Position numbers and translations under genes: made by a program | Notes under the pieces: generated by a model | Told to the model about the DNA's origin: nothing | Database searches by the model: none | The model's input: only the letters and a program-made list of their open reading frames with translations | DNA from: Carcharhinus amblyrhynchos | Lineage: Eukaryota | Assembly (NCBI GenBank): GCA_965287045.1 | Contig: OZ336894.1 | Location: 40,486,001-40,550,000, forward strand | DNA: 64,000 nt | Direction: 5' to 3' | Shown here: piece after piece, positions 27,410 to 40,985 of the stretch | Layout: every line of letters begins with the position of its first letter | How positions within the stretch are numbered: position 1 is the stretch's first letter

Positions 27410-27649
27410 GTGAGACTGTTTTATCTTTACCCTCTCCCCCACCTAATAGTTTGTCAAGTTCTCTTCACTCTAGTGGTCTAATAATTTCTATTATAAACAT
27501 AGAATATACAGTATAGAAACATGTCTTTTGATCCTTGCCTATGTTTATGCTTCACTCAAACTTCCTTCCATCTTTTCTCATTTATATATATTATCATAAT
27601 CCTCTATATTCTCTCATATGCTTCACTTGAAATGCATTCATATGCTGTA

Positions 27650-28505
27650 GTGTACCTCAACTTCAAAAATCTTCTAACACAATTCCATATAGACTACTAG
27701 TTACCTTAAAGGCATAGTGATTCACAGTCAACACCTGAAGCTGATTGAACCACATTTATTTGTTAGAGGGGTTACATCAGGATGAGGGGAAAATACTCTT
27801 CATTTAAAGATTGGGTTCATTTGCAAGAAAATGGATAAAGCACATGTACATAAATACATTCTCACGTTAGAAATGAGAATTGAGTCTAAAAGTAGGATGT
27901 TGACGAACTCAATGCTGGGACCATTGCTTTTTCTATCTTGAGTAAATTACTTTGATTCAGATATACAATGCAAAGTTTCAGATGATGCCAACCTAAGAGG
28001 ATCAAAATAACCAAATAACCTTAAATGGCTGAGTAATAACAGAATAGGTTGGTCAAGATGTGTAAATGGATAGAACAACAGATGAAGATTAATGTAGACA
28101 TATCAAATGCTATAATGGGAATGAATAATAGTGAAATTATTGTATGAATGGTGTTAAAATAATTAGAGGAAGCTGAAAGAGACCTACAAATCTTACATTT
28201 AATATAAATACACAGTATTAAGATGGAGCGGCAATCAACAAAGCCAATAGGATATTGGACTACATGGCCTAAGTGGGTTGGAGGTTATGACCAAATTTTA
28301 TAATGCTGTCATCAGATCGCACTGAATACTGTAGTTGCGTACAGTTCTCATCACCAAGACACAAGAGACAATCATGCACTAAAATCAGTGCAGAGATGAA
28401 CCAGAAGACTTCTTTGTAATGCTAAAGTTACTAATCATTGAAAAAATTGGGTAACTCTGGTTTTACACCCAAGCAATGACGTTAAGAAATAACTTGCAAA
28501 GGAAT
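27650..28505 (+). mobile_element. Old CR1-like RT remnant
   Basis: SMLGPLLF (TCAATGCTGGGACCATTGCTTTTT), DD-motif remnant (GATGATGCCAACC), KANRIL. Confidence 0.55.
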
Positions 28506-29249
28506 ATGACATGTTATAGGTGTGACAACCAGTCCCCAGGCAAGGTTCCCCATTTTGATGAGGAGGAATGAACTGGCTCCCTTTCTTTATTCAGCTGCCT
28601 TGGTTGGTTGCAGCAAGAGTAATTTGGATCCCTTCCCTTGTAGATACCTTTTCTCAGTTCCATCTTTATTTTTAGAAAGAACCAATTTAACCAAATTGAG
28701 TTCATTTGCAAGAAAATGGATAAAGCACATGTATATAAATACATTCACACAAGTTAGAAATGAGAATTGAGTCTAAAAATAAGTTTTAAAAATTATATAC
28801 AAATAAGCTTTTGGCTTCTCCATAAAGAGTAGATGATGGAACATTGTAGCCACTGCAGTTCGTGATTCCAATATCACTGACTCCAGCAGCTGCGTAATTA
28901 GTTTTGAGATTCCAGTTATGCAGTTTGCTGAGAAGCTGCCCTGTTTCCTCTTCAGCTGTGGCTTTACTGATTTCAGAGAGACAGAGCGACCTGCAAAACT
29001 TGCACAGGTCTGTTGTCTTTCCTCCTGTGTCACAAGCTAACGTACCCAGCACTAGTTGACACTGACCAAATTTTGCAACTGGCATTTATCCCAGTTGTTG
29101 TATATTCCTGGAAGACAAAAATCCGCTAACCAGTCTGGGACATTGTTCAGAGGATATCATTTCTGCTGAGATGATAATTGGCATTGGGACAAAAAACAAT
29201 CTTAGATTTAAATAAAAAGGTCAAGCTCAAGGAGGAAGTAGACAGTCTA

Positions 29250-30235
29250 AAGTTAATGAACTCAGTGAGTCCATTGTAAGCTGCCTGATTATAAGATTAA
29301 GTACTATGCCTCAGTTTGCGTTGGACTTCACTGAAACATTGATCAAGGGAGTGAGATGGTGAGTTTAAATGGCAAGTGACAGGAAGTTTGGGGTTGTGCT
29401 TGTGGACTGAGCAAAGATACTCCACAGCAACTCTGTCTGCATTTATTTAGCCTTGCCATTGTAGAAGGGACTGCATTGGGAGCAGTGAATACAGCAGACC
29501 AAATTGAAGGTGGTAGATGCAAGTGAAATGGTGCTCCACCTGAAAGGAATGTTTGGGTCCTTGGACAGAGAGAAGGGAGAATATAAAGGGTCATGTATTG
29601 CACCTACTACTTTTTTATGGGAAGGTGCTTTGGGACCTTGATGAGTAGTTGGGGATGATGGAGGAGTGACAAGCTGTCACAAAGGGAGCAGTCTTTGTGG
29701 AATGGTGGGGGTGGGGGAGGCAGAGGTTTGCGGGTTTTACGATGGCTTCCTTCAGGAGTTTACAGGACTAGTAGAGAATGATCTTTTGAAATCGTAAGCA
29801 GATGGGGTGAAAAGTGAGAAGGACCCTGTCATAGTTCTGGGAAAGACGGGAAGGGTTGAGAGAAGAGGTGTAGGAGATGGGCTGGATATGATTGAGTGCC
29901 CTGTCAACCACTGTAGCGAGGAAACTTCAGTTAAGGCAGGCAGTCATGTCAGAAGTGATGTTTTTGAAGGCAGCATCATTGGACCAGAGGTGGAGAATCT
30001 GGGAGAATGCGATGAAGTCCTTATACAAGAAGCAGGGTGCAAAGAGCTTTAGTTAAGGTAGCTATGAGAGTCGGAAGGCTTGTAATAAATATTGCTGAGT
30101 CTTATCAACATAAATCACAGATCAGAGAAGTGAAATGTTTGGAATGGACCATTTGAAGGTGAAAGAAGGGTCAAAATTGGAAGAAAAATCAATAAATGTT
30201 TCCAGGTCTAAGTGGGAACATGAAGTGTCACAAGT
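29250..30235 (-). mobile_element. Penelope-like element: RT C-terminus and GIY-YIG endonuclease remnant
   Basis: DLETFIDFSSNFDPSFTFKWSI; VQGPKHSFQVEHHFTC; NLVCCIHCSQCSPFYNGK. Confidence 0.75.
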
Positions 30236-30389
30236 ACAGGAATTGAACCTGATCCCTGGTGTTGTGACTATGGCACCCTTGTATCCCATATCTTTGGTAT
30301 TGTGGGTAGGGTCCTGCCCCTGAGCCAGAGGTTTCATGTTTGAGTCCTACCTCAAAACCTGATGGCCAAACAAGGTATGTTTATAATTC

Positions 30390-30646
30390 TGATTGCAGAA
30401 TTTATAAAATCTGATGGGATCTTGTCTGTCCATATTATTGGCCAGATCAGAATGAAACTGCATATGCAAAGTTATTTGTTAGAGAATGTCATCATAGGCC
30501 TTTTCAATGGATGTATGAAAGAATGGTCAGCAAATACATTGGGCACATCAATGATCGCTTGATCCTACATTTGAGTAAATAAAAATTGTGCTTGTTGAAT
30601 TTCTGATTTTCTCCATTTTTATTTTAGGCGGGAAGAAAAATTTTCC
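30390..30646 (+). repeat. 257-bp duplicate of 31513-31769 (intron end, acceptor and 19 nt of exon)
   Basis: Direct comparison: equal length, 5 substitutions. Confidence 0.95.
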
Positions 30647-31750
30647 AATCAACCAAACAGGTTGATTGTCAACTTGTAAATCTTCTCAAACATGCCAGTA
30701 GCTGGTGGTAAGAGCAGGAGAGACTTGTAATCAGCCACTTTTGATATGGTGTGACACCCGTCAAAATATAAGTCTCTGATGACAGACTAGCGACCTGTTC
30801 CAGGAGTAGCTAGATGTGAAAACAGACAAAAGTCTGACTTAGTGCATCACTAAGTGCAGGAAGAGAAGTGGGAATATCAGCCGAACAAAAAAGAACAAGC
30901 AGGTTGAGCTAGTTTGGTTTATTCAGCCAAATAAATTTGCCACTGCGTCAGTCCTTTTTAACTATTGTCGAGTGTTTTCTTTAAAGAAACAAACTAGACT
31001 TTTAGTTGAGTCAGAAGGAAAATTACAAAATAAAGCACAGTTGTGCAGCCCATTATTGCTGCACCACAATTAGGATTTAGTGATAAATTTTGGTGTTTAC
31101 TTTTCATCATCTAAAGTTCTTGCACACAGCAAATTACCTCCCCAGAGATCAAATTGAGGAAAAGTCAAAACAACCACAGGTTGTATATTCTTTCATAGAT
31201 ATATTAATGCATTATACTAATTGATTACCGTTTCTATACATTCATCAGGCAAACCAAAGAACAAAAGAAGAGGCTGAAAATATGGAGGAAACCTTGGCAA
31301 GTGCTTGCATGGCCTATAACTATTATATTTATTGGATCAGAGTCTGACCAAATTCAGACTTGGCAAACTGTTAAATACAATGTTCAGCCAAAAACTGGCT
31401 TTTAAACAATTTTTCATCTGTAATAGAATATATTTTTGTGAACTTAAGTGAAGAGGATGAATTAAGTAATGTATGTTTTGCCTTTTGCAGCTTTTAGTTT
31501 CCCAAAATCTTATGATTGCAGAATTTATAAAATCTGATGGGATCTTGTCTGTCCAGATTATTGGCCAGATCAGAATGAAACTGCATATGCAAAGTTATTT
31601 GTTAGAGAATGTCATCATAGGCCTTTTCAATGGATGTGTGAAAGAATGGTTAGCAAATACATTGGGCACATCAATGATCGTTTGATCCTACATTTGAGTA
31701 AATAAAAATTGTGCTTGTTGAATTTCTGATTTTCTCCATTTTTGTTTTAG

Positions 31751-31798
31751 GCGGGAAGAAAAATTTTCCGTTCAGAGTACTTTGATACCAAGAAAGAG
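31751..31798 (+). CDS. Coding exon (AGRKIFRSEYFDTKKE)
   Basis: Long pyrimidine tract ..TTTTTGTTTTAG, GAG|GTTGGT donor, 48 nt, phase 0-0. Confidence 0.7.
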
Positions 31799-32024
31799 GT
31801 TGGTCGTGATTTTGCAGAAAGGAGATGTACTGATAAGTACTTCAATGATTATAATGACTAATTTCTATAAATTATGTGAATTGTCTTTATAGTGTGCCAG
31901 CTTCGCAATTCTATGTTTCTCTAAGTAGATAGTAATGCTGGATATTTAGACCGTAGCCCTAGGTTAGTAAATGTAGCAACACAGTAGTGTGCATTTTTAA
32001 GCTGCAGTGGTGTGTGAATGATCC

Positions 32025-32258
32025 TACAGTTTGGTTTAGCTCAGTTGGCCGAACAGGTGCATTGTGAGGCAGAGCAATGTCAACAGTGCAGGTTTAATTC
32101 CCATACTCAGAGGTTATTCATGAAGGCCCTACCTTCTCAACCTTGCCCCTTGCCTGAGGTGTGGTGATCTTCAGATTAAATCAGCAAGAGTTAGCTCTCC
32201 CCCTCAAAGGGGAAAGCAGCCTATAGACATCTGGGACTATTGCAACTTTATCTTTACA
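32025..32258 (+). mobile_element. tRNA-derived SINE (third family)
   Basis: A-box TAGCTCAGTTGG, B-box-like GGTTTAATTCC, tail CATCTGGGACTATTGCAACTTTATCTTTA. Confidence 0.6.
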
Positions 32259-32848
32259 ATATGGTTATAAATATTTACCTACTTATTAACTGGTCTGTCA
32301 AATTCTACAGTGGTTAATTCACTTCTATGAAAGAAATTAATAAACAAATTTGTAGATGAGAGAATGAGAGGATATCTTTACTCTCACTGCATAGGTGGTA
32401 ATTTGGCACAGCTGATTTTCCAACCCTTCCCTGCACCTGCCTTGTGAAACTCAATTGATTTTTGCTTTATCATCAACACTATCTGGTAGATTCTTTCAAA
32501 CATTTGAGTAAAGGTGTTCTTCCTTTAATGTGGTTGACCCTTAAATGCCCTTTGAAATGGCCTAGCAAATCACTCTATTCAAGGGCAGTTAGGAATGGGC
32601 AATAAAATGTTGTCCACATGAATGAATTTTTTAAAATTCTGAGGCACTTTGAGGTCCTGAGATCATGAAAAGCATGCAAGTGCCAGTTTTTACTTTGCTT
32701 TTTTTATTTGCGCCTAAATATAGAGACTACTGGCAGAATAATGTAAACATCAGTGATCTTTGCTTTTGCCCTATTTACAAATACCTATATCAACATGAAT
32801 ATTTTAATTACTATATTTTGGTTTAACTTTGATTGTCCTCCTTTGCAG

Positions 32849-32902
32849 GCTGAACATCAAGAATTAGTCCCAGAAGTTGATACAAAGTATGATGGCATTC
32901 AG
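32849..32902 (+). CDS. Coding exon (AEHQELVPEVDTKYDGIQ)
   Basis: CCTCCTTTGCAG acceptor, CAG|GTAAGT donor, 54 nt, phase 0-0. Confidence 0.8.
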
Positions 32903-34436
32903 GTAAGTACAGTGTAAAGTTTCTTTGTAAATTGTTGATATCTTTCCATTTGAAGAAATCTTCCTCCTGTTCCTGCTGTGATTTTTGATTGCTTTTAAGT
33001 AGCCTCCACGCTGTCAACTAGATTTTTTTCACTTTGAGAGCGTACAAGGTATATAGGAAAGTAAATAATTAATTCAGTCATGAGTTGAACAAAGTGGCAC
33101 AGGTTGTGAGAGGAATGTGTAAATTCTGAAAGATGCATGTTTGCAGAATGTTAATGGCACCAGGGACTGTGAAATTATGGAGAAGGTTTGAAATTAGTTA
33201 CCCAGCAGCTGATTGGGGTAGCATTGAATTTGAGCTGTCAGATGATGTGCAAGTGAACAAATTTGAAGGATGGAAACACTAGAACATCTGAGTGTAGCAT
33301 TTGGTGGATAACAATGAAATTTTCTAACTTGGGGGTTTCATAAACTTTTTTGAGCTGTGGAACCTCCAGTGACCTCCCAAGAGCATCAGCACCCCAAGTA
33401 TTCACAATGTCATGACCCCCCCCTTTTATTTTTGCTGCAAAATTGGTGCTAACAGAAATGAAACGTAAACAAATATTTTCTATTTATAACTGTGCATATA
33501 TTAATCTACTAATCAAACAGCTCTTGGGTTTAAAAGAAAGTCTAATTCTTTGTCATTTTTAATGGGAGGAGTGATGTTGGAAAGCCAATTTTAATACCCC
33601 CCAAAATGCTCTTTTCCCAGTACCCTGCTATCACCTTTAGATCATGTGCAGCTTCCCTTCGTCATCACTACCCTGCTTCTGGAAGATTAGTCTCTTGCTG
33701 GTTCCTGCCTCACCTCGGCCTCGCTGTTGGCCATGGTCTTTTCTGTCCAGCAGCAGTGAGACAGAATAAATCAAAGGGCCAATCAGAGTAAAGCCACTCT
33801 GTTATTCACACTGAATTCACACTGTTATTCACATGAACAGTTTCTACCTGTCACAGGGATTCAAACTACTTACTGTCTGAAGACATGCAGGGATTGGGAA
33901 GAGCAGTTAACCCCTGCTAAAATGAAGATGGCAAGCAACTTTGGGTTGCCTGCATATTACAATAATTTCTGCATGCAGAATTTTAAATTCAGTTAATTAA
34001 GTAAAGCTGGAATTAAACAAAAAAACTAGTCTCAATAAAGGTGACAATGAAACTACCAGATTGTTATCCCAAACATCCAACAGGTTCACTAAAGGAAACC
34101 AAATGTACTCTGTTGTAGCTTCGGTGGATTGGCATCTCATTTTTAGGGATGCATGGTGCTGCTTCTGGTATCCTGTGTTACATAGCACATTGAACCAGAG
34201 TTGTTCCCCTGCCTGCTGGTGGTGGTAAAGTGAGGTTATGTCAGACCTTCAGGTGACAAATTGTAGTGGAATACAATTCTGCCACTATTGATGGTCCACA
34301 GCATCTCTTGGATGTCCAGTTTTGAACTGCTAAATCAGTTCTAAATATATCTATTTAGCACAATGGTTGAGCTGCAGAACACGGTATCCTTAGTGTGAAG
34401 ATGAGATTGCACCTCCAGAAGGACGGTGTGGTGGTG

Positions 34437-34854
34437 GTTGCCCAACGAGGGACGTACACGCGATAGGTCATACAAGGGCTGCTCGAGAATAGCCTAGTAC
34501 TTCATGTCGTTAGTGTACGCTTAAACTGGACCAGATGGTGGGCAACACGACAGCTCAGTGACTATCACTGTTGGCTGTGCAGACACATGGATTTGGGCCA
34601 GTGTCTGTGGGAGTTTGCGCATTCTACCCGTGCTTGCGTGGGTTTTCTCCGGGTGCTCCGGTTTCCTCCCACACCCCCAAAGATGTGCTATTAGGCTGAT
34701 TGGTAATAAATTGTCCCTAAATTAGTTTTCCCTCAATGTGGAATGCCATGAGCATAGATAAGGGTCATGGGTGGAGGGGGGACTCGTAATGTTAAAATGG
34801 CGGCACGGGCTCATGGGGCCGAAGGCCCTGTTTCCCGGGCTGTTTTTGTTCTTT
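34437..34854 (+). mobile_element. 5'-truncated copy of the CR1/hairpin/V-SINE chimeric 3' end, inserted in an older minus-strand LINE
   Basis: Colinear with 56565-57010: hairpin, decayed tRNA head, V domain, GGGCCGAAGGCCCTGTTTCC tail. Confidence 0.8.
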
Positions 34855-36264
34855 GACAAGGTTGACTTTGTTTTCATGATGTTTCTATCATCACAGGCCT
34901 AATCCAGCAGATATGTCCTTTAGGTTTTAGCCAGCAGTGCTGCTACTTAATCATTGTGATGAAAATTGAAAAGCCTCAACCCAGAGTACATTCTCTTTCC
35001 TTACTACCCTCAGTAGGTCTTACAAGTGATTTATATGCAGGAGCACTGATTCATCAGTTAAGAGTGTGGTAGATCGTAATGAACTAAAGATCTCCTTATC
35101 CATGTTTGTACCTGATGCCTTGAGAGTCGTGGGCTTTAGCGTCAATGTTTAGGAGTCCGATGACTACTCCATGGATGTTAATCATTGTGCCGCACAGACT
35201 CTGGGATTCAGGGCATTGGCTGAAAGATGCGGTTCAGTGAGTATGACGGTTGCAAGCTGTTGTTTGACTAATCTGATGGACATCTTTTAGCATAAGCCCA
35301 AAGATATTCATAGGGAGATCTTTGCAGATGCCGCTTTTGGTTATGGTACCTTGTTCAATACCAGGTCGTCCATCTAACTTTATTCTTATTTGACTTTTCT
35401 GTAGTGGTTGGCTAGGCCATTAAGCTAAGAATCAACCACATCCCCATGGGTCTGGATGTACATGTAGACCACACTGGGTAAGGATAGCAGATTTCCTTCT
35501 AGCTTTTTGTTTCAGAATTAGCTAAATTTAAACCCTCCCAGCCTCTGGTGGAATTTGTACTCAATTTCCAGGGTTTTAATCTCGGCCTCTGGATTACCAG
35601 TCTGACAATTACCACTTTACTATCATTTCCCTGCTCCACCGCTTCCTGTCAACCTTTCCAATTGAAAGAACAATGGGGAAGCATCAATTTTTTTTTGTAT
35701 AATTGTAGCAACAGACAGAAAAAAAAATCAACCAGAAACCAGTAGTTGATGATTCAACCATAATTCTCGTGAGTTAATTACTGTAGCTGCTGGAATTTAC
35801 TGCAGTGAGTTATGCCTCCATGTTGGTCCTGCCAGTAATGTCACCACTTGAAGGTGAGAACAACTGGCCGAGGATAGAAAATGCAGGAGTAAGTATCATT
35901 CTTACAAGCTGGTTGCTGCAACTGTGGGCATCTTCATACTTCCCTACACCACAGTGAGTTGCACTTTAACAAAGTACCTGCGAGGAATATCACTGCGGGA
36001 CACTGAATAGTAATGCCTAAAGCGACTAGCCAAGAAGTGCATTGCAGGCATAAGTATGCCTCTGTAGGGCTTGATAGTTCCCACTTATGAACCCAGCCAA
36101 CAGGGAGCAATGGCTGGAATGTCACTCAATGATCAAGTCCAAGGTTGCTGTAAAGGTTCCTCTCCACCTCAATAATGAGTTGGTAGATGAAAGCTTGTTA
36201 CTGCTCTGTTATCTTGGCTGTTCTAAACTACAGTGAGTTGAGCCTAATCTTGGTTCTACAGGGT

Positions 36265-37530
36265 AGAAACATAGAAAATCGGAGCAGGAGGAGGCCATTT
36301 GACCCTTCAAGCCTGCTCCACCATTCATCACGATCATGGCTGATCGTCCCACTCAATAGCCTAATCCTGCTTTTTCCCCAAAACCTTTGATCCCATTTGC
36401 CCAAGTATTACCCCAAATCCTCATTCTGAGGCCGTGAGTTCTGGACTCCCTGTTATCAGAAACATCCTCCCTTCATCTACCCTGTCTAGTTCTGTTAGAA
36501 TTTTATAAGTCTCTATGAGATCCCCCCCTCATTTGTCTGAACTCCAGCAAAAACAATCCTAATCTAGTCAATCTCACACATCAGTCCTGTCATTCCCAGA
36601 ATCAGCCTGGTAAACCTTCGCTGCATTTCCTCGAGAGCAAGAACATCCTTCCTCAGAAAAGGAGACGAAAACTGCACACTATATTCTAGATATGGCCTCT
36701 CCAAGGCCCTATATGGTTGCAACAACACATCCTTGCTTTTGTACTCGATCTCTCGCAATGAAGGCCAAAATGCCATTTGCTGTCTTTACCAGCTGTTGCA
36801 CCTGCATGCTTACCTTCAGCGACTGGTGCATAAGGATACCCAGATCCCACTGCACATGCTCCTCTCCCAATTTACAGCCACTGAGAAATCTGCCACCTTG
36901 GTTTTTGCTTCCAAAATGAATAACCTCTCATTTATCCAAATTATACTGCATCTGCCGTTGATTTGCCCACTCACCCAACCTGTCCAGATCGTTCTGAAGG
37001 ATCTCTGCATCCTCGTCACAGTTCACCCTCCCACCCAACTTGGTATCACCTGCAAACTTCGAGATGTTACATTTTATTCCCTCATCCAAATCATGAATAT
37101 ATATGGTGAATAGCTGAAGTCCCAATACCGATCCCTGTCGCACCCCATTAGTTACTGCTTACCAACTTGAAAAGACCCATTAATTTCTACTTCGTTTTCT
37201 TTCTGCCAACCAGTTTTCTATCCATCTCAATACACTTACCCCAGTCCCGTGCGCTTTAATCTTGCATGATAATCTCTTGTGCGGGACTTTGTTTAATGCT
37301 TTCTGTAAGTCCAAATATACCACTTCAACTGGCTGCCCCCGTCAAGTCTACTGGTTACATCTTCAAAGAATTCCAATAGATTTATCAAGTATGATTTCCC
37401 CTCCATAAATCCATGCTGACTCTGTCTGATCCTGCCACTGTTTTCTAAATGTTCTGCTATAAAGTCCTTGATAATGGATTTGCGAATTTTCCCCACTACT
37501 GATGTTAGGCCTACTGGTCTATAATTCCCA
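36265..37530 (-). mobile_element. CR1 LINE RT to 3' end
   Basis: QSQHGFMEGKSYLINLLEFFEDVT; QGSVLGLQLFTIYIHDLD..SKFAGDTKLGG. Confidence 0.9.
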
Positions 37531-37999
37531 TTTGATCACGAAGGGATGTATGTACTGCTATCAGATGGCTAAGGGTCGAGACCGTGACCCACAAATGGTC
37601 TAGGAGAAAAGTCGTGACCATCAAACCAGTGCCTCGCAATTTAAGTTCGATATGACAGACAAAAGTTGGTGCCCCTTCCAGTTACTGGAGATCATTCTGC
37701 CACGGAAGAGGACAAGGGGTAGATAGAAGGAAACCTAGAGACTTTTCTGAAGAAGACAATCATTTGTCTGAACTCCAAAGGTTCTCCAAGGGTGTGTGAA
37801 TAGGGTATCAAATGTTATTTTGAATGTTGTTTTGTTCTTATTACTCAAGCTCTTGTATATTTAACTATTGAAACGTCACAGTAAAACAGTGACTGTTATG
37901 GGTAAACTTCTCCGGACAACCGCGAATATCTAAACTGAACTGGCTCCATTCTTGGCAGTGTGACATCCTGCTTGACTGATCAGGTGGAACAAAAGATTT

Positions 38000-39630
38000 T
38001 TGTACAAGATCAACCCCTGTGGTCTGCCAGGCGTTCCTCCCGCTGTGGCCAGTGCAGTACAAACACATTAGCAAGGAATGTAAAGACTCAGATTAAGCAC
38101 CCAAGTATTTCTAAATCACGCTGGTCCTTCCTGCATGTTGTGTTGTGAAATTCCTCCTGCTCTTAGCAGGATACCTGCTGTCATGATATATCATGCTTGT
38201 CTGGCTTCTGCATCTTCACCCATTGTAGCTTGACTGCAATAATTATGTGACTACACTTTGGTCAACACACTTTTTATGCTGTCCACCATTTTGCTCTCTA
38301 GAAGAGATCTTTGTAGCTTTCAGCTGTGATCAGATGGTCAAAATAGTGACATTTTGGCACATACTGACACGTCACCAAAGATTGTCTCATGCAAATTTTC
38401 ACATCACCACATCTCATGTCATCTATCATGCTGCTCACACTCCATCCTCAGCCCCTATGGGTTAGGCTCACCACACAAGGTGCATGTTTTCCAACCTGTC
38501 CTGCATTCCTCCATCTTATTCCTTTTGTCTTAATCCAGAACTAAACTGGCCCACAATAGATCTGAAAATTCTCAGAAAGGGGGAGGGAACGATACTACCA
38601 AGCTGGGGGAGGACAGGGATCGTTCCTATAAGGAAGGGGAGATCAACTTGATCCAGCAGCCTAGGGTGACGACTGATTTCCATACTGACATTCGCAGTGA
38701 GTAATATGCAATCATGTATTCTGCCTGCGCATGAACTAAAACTCTCCTCCCTCTCTCTTAAAGGCACCACCAAATCTACAGAGACAAGGGTGGCCAACAT
38801 AAGCCCAATTTGCAGACTACCTCAGATGAGGAACAATAATCAGCACCTTCCAACAGCAGAGGTGGGGCCATAACGGGGCTTAGCTCTAAATGAGGTTCCA
38901 GGTTACCTACAGGAGAACACCTCAGATTCCCGCAGCAGTCGGAGATGGAGACAACTCAGGTCTCCGGCACTCTGCAAGCACAATGCTGCAGACGTAACAA
39001 CAGGCAGCAGAATATCAGATAGAGATGTGGCAGTCACTCAGCAGACTGGAGCAAAGGATGGAGAAGTCCATCCATGATCTGTCTGCTGCTGTGGCTCTGA
39101 CATGCAAGTGCCCTAAGGTCACCATAGGAAGGTTGCTCCAGAACGTCTTGCCCGGGACTCTATGGATGTGCACATTAATGTGGGCATCATTAATGCCTAG
39201 GTTGAGGGGGTTGAGGCATCCTAACCTTCCTCGAGATACTCCTCAAGCAACCAGGAAGGCACCCACAGGAAGGATGAGTATCAGCCAGACAACCTGGGAG
39301 CTTCTATTCAGCACTTCCCAAGGATGTCTGGCCTCTCTACCTGTGACCCCATCCACTTCAGCTGCTTAGGCCGAGGACAGTGCATCTGCCCTTGAGCAGG
39401 AGAGCCTTATCAGGCTAAGGCACACCAGAGAAAGTTGCCAAGGCCATCACAGACATCAGGACATAGCAGGCCGTCTATATCTATGCTGCAGTTGTCAGGC
39501 TGCACCCAGGTGCAGCAGTAGGAAATGAAGAAATGTTGAAATCACTTGGATCAAGGATGTGCAAACACTATATGTATAAAAAAAATTGCACTTTTGTGAA
39601 TACATTTGATGTTTGGTCAATAAAAGATGT
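38000..39630 (+). mobile_element. Harbinger Myb/SANT-like gene remnant
   Basis: KLAHNRSENSQKGGG after an acceptor at ~38538 resembles the KxAHNxRExxxTGGG motif of Harbinger DNA-binding proteins; the rest is degraded. Confidence 0.45.
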
Positions 39631-39799
39631 TATGATTGTGTACATGTGGAATCCTCTTTATTTTGAGATTTAGCCATTCTTCCGTTCAGTGATTTTCTTC
39701 TTTTGTGAGGTTCACATTTACTGAAGATGGTTTCTGCACCTTAGAGGATATCTTGGAAATGTGTTAAAATCTTTAACGGAGGTGTGTGCTTAGTGTTTC

Positions 39800-40985
39800 T
39801 ATCCTTTGTCCTCACAACACAACTTGGGAGGCTTGGCAGCAGATCAAAACACCATAGTCCTGCCACATCCAGTCTGAATGATAATGGACAATTAAGCAGC
39901 TCATTAGAGGAGGAGACTCCACAAATATCCCCATCGTCAATGATGGGGGAACTTAGCGTATCAGTCCAAAAGATTGAAGCATTGACAAAAATCTTGCCAA
40001 CATTATTGAGTGAATGATTCATCTTGACCCTCTCTGGAGGATGCTAGCCTCATAGATTCCAGTCTTCAGCCAATTTGATTCACAGTACATAATATCATAG
40101 ATGTAATCGTAGAATTCCTGCAGTGCAGAAGGAGGCCATTCGACCCATCAAGTCTGCACTGACAACAATCTCACCTAGGCCCTATCCCTGCAGTCCCACG
40201 TATTTACCCCGCTAACCCCTCTAACCTATGCATCCCCAGACATATCAAGAAATGGCTGAAGGGACTGGATGCTGCAAAGGCTATGGGCCCTGATAATCTG
40301 GCAATAGTACTTGTGCTCCAGGACTTGTTGCACCTCTCTAACCAAGCTGTCCCAGTACAGCTACAAAACTGGCAACTATATGGTTATGTGGAAAATTGGT
40401 CAGTTATGTCCAATATGTAAAAAGGATGCATCCAACCTGCAATCATCACCCCATTAGCTATTTTTAATCAGTAAAGCGATGAAAGGGGGTCATCAACAGC
40501 ACTATCAAGTGGCACTTCCTTAGCAATAACATGCTCCGTGACGTTCAGCTTGTGTTCCACCAACACTACTTTGCTCCTGACCTCAAATAACCTTGGTTCA
40601 AACATGGACAAAAGTGTTAGTGGCTTCCCTTGACATCAAGGCAGCATTTTACCGAGTGTGGCATCAAGGAGCCTTGGGAAAACTGGCATCAGTGGGATTC
40701 AGGGGGAAATTCACTGCTGGTTGGAATCGTATCTAGCACAAAGAAAGATGGCTGTGCTGGTTGGAGGTCAGTTATCTTCGTTCCAGAACATCACAGCAGG
40801 ACTTTCTCAGGGTAATGTCCTGGGTCCAGCCATCTTCAGCTGCTTCATCAATGACCTTAAACACTGTAGCTACAAGGGCAGGTCAGAGGCTAGGAATCCT
40901 GCGGCAAGTAACTACTTCTCCTGACTCCCCAAAGACTGTCCACTATCTACAAGGCAGGAGTGTGATATCTTTGGAACACTCTTCC
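39800..40985 (+). mobile_element. Non-LTR retrotransposon RT remnant with an inverted SINE tail inserted at ~40105-40240
   Basis: LDIKAAFxRVWHQG; WLESYLAQRKMAVLVGGQ..GLSQGNVLGPAIFSCFINDL. Confidence 0.8.

Noticed and set aside
37547-37964. TG...CA bounded stretch resembling a solo LTR (also ~21718-23157 and ~28511-29150)
   Set aside because: No TSD or second copy in the window to support it
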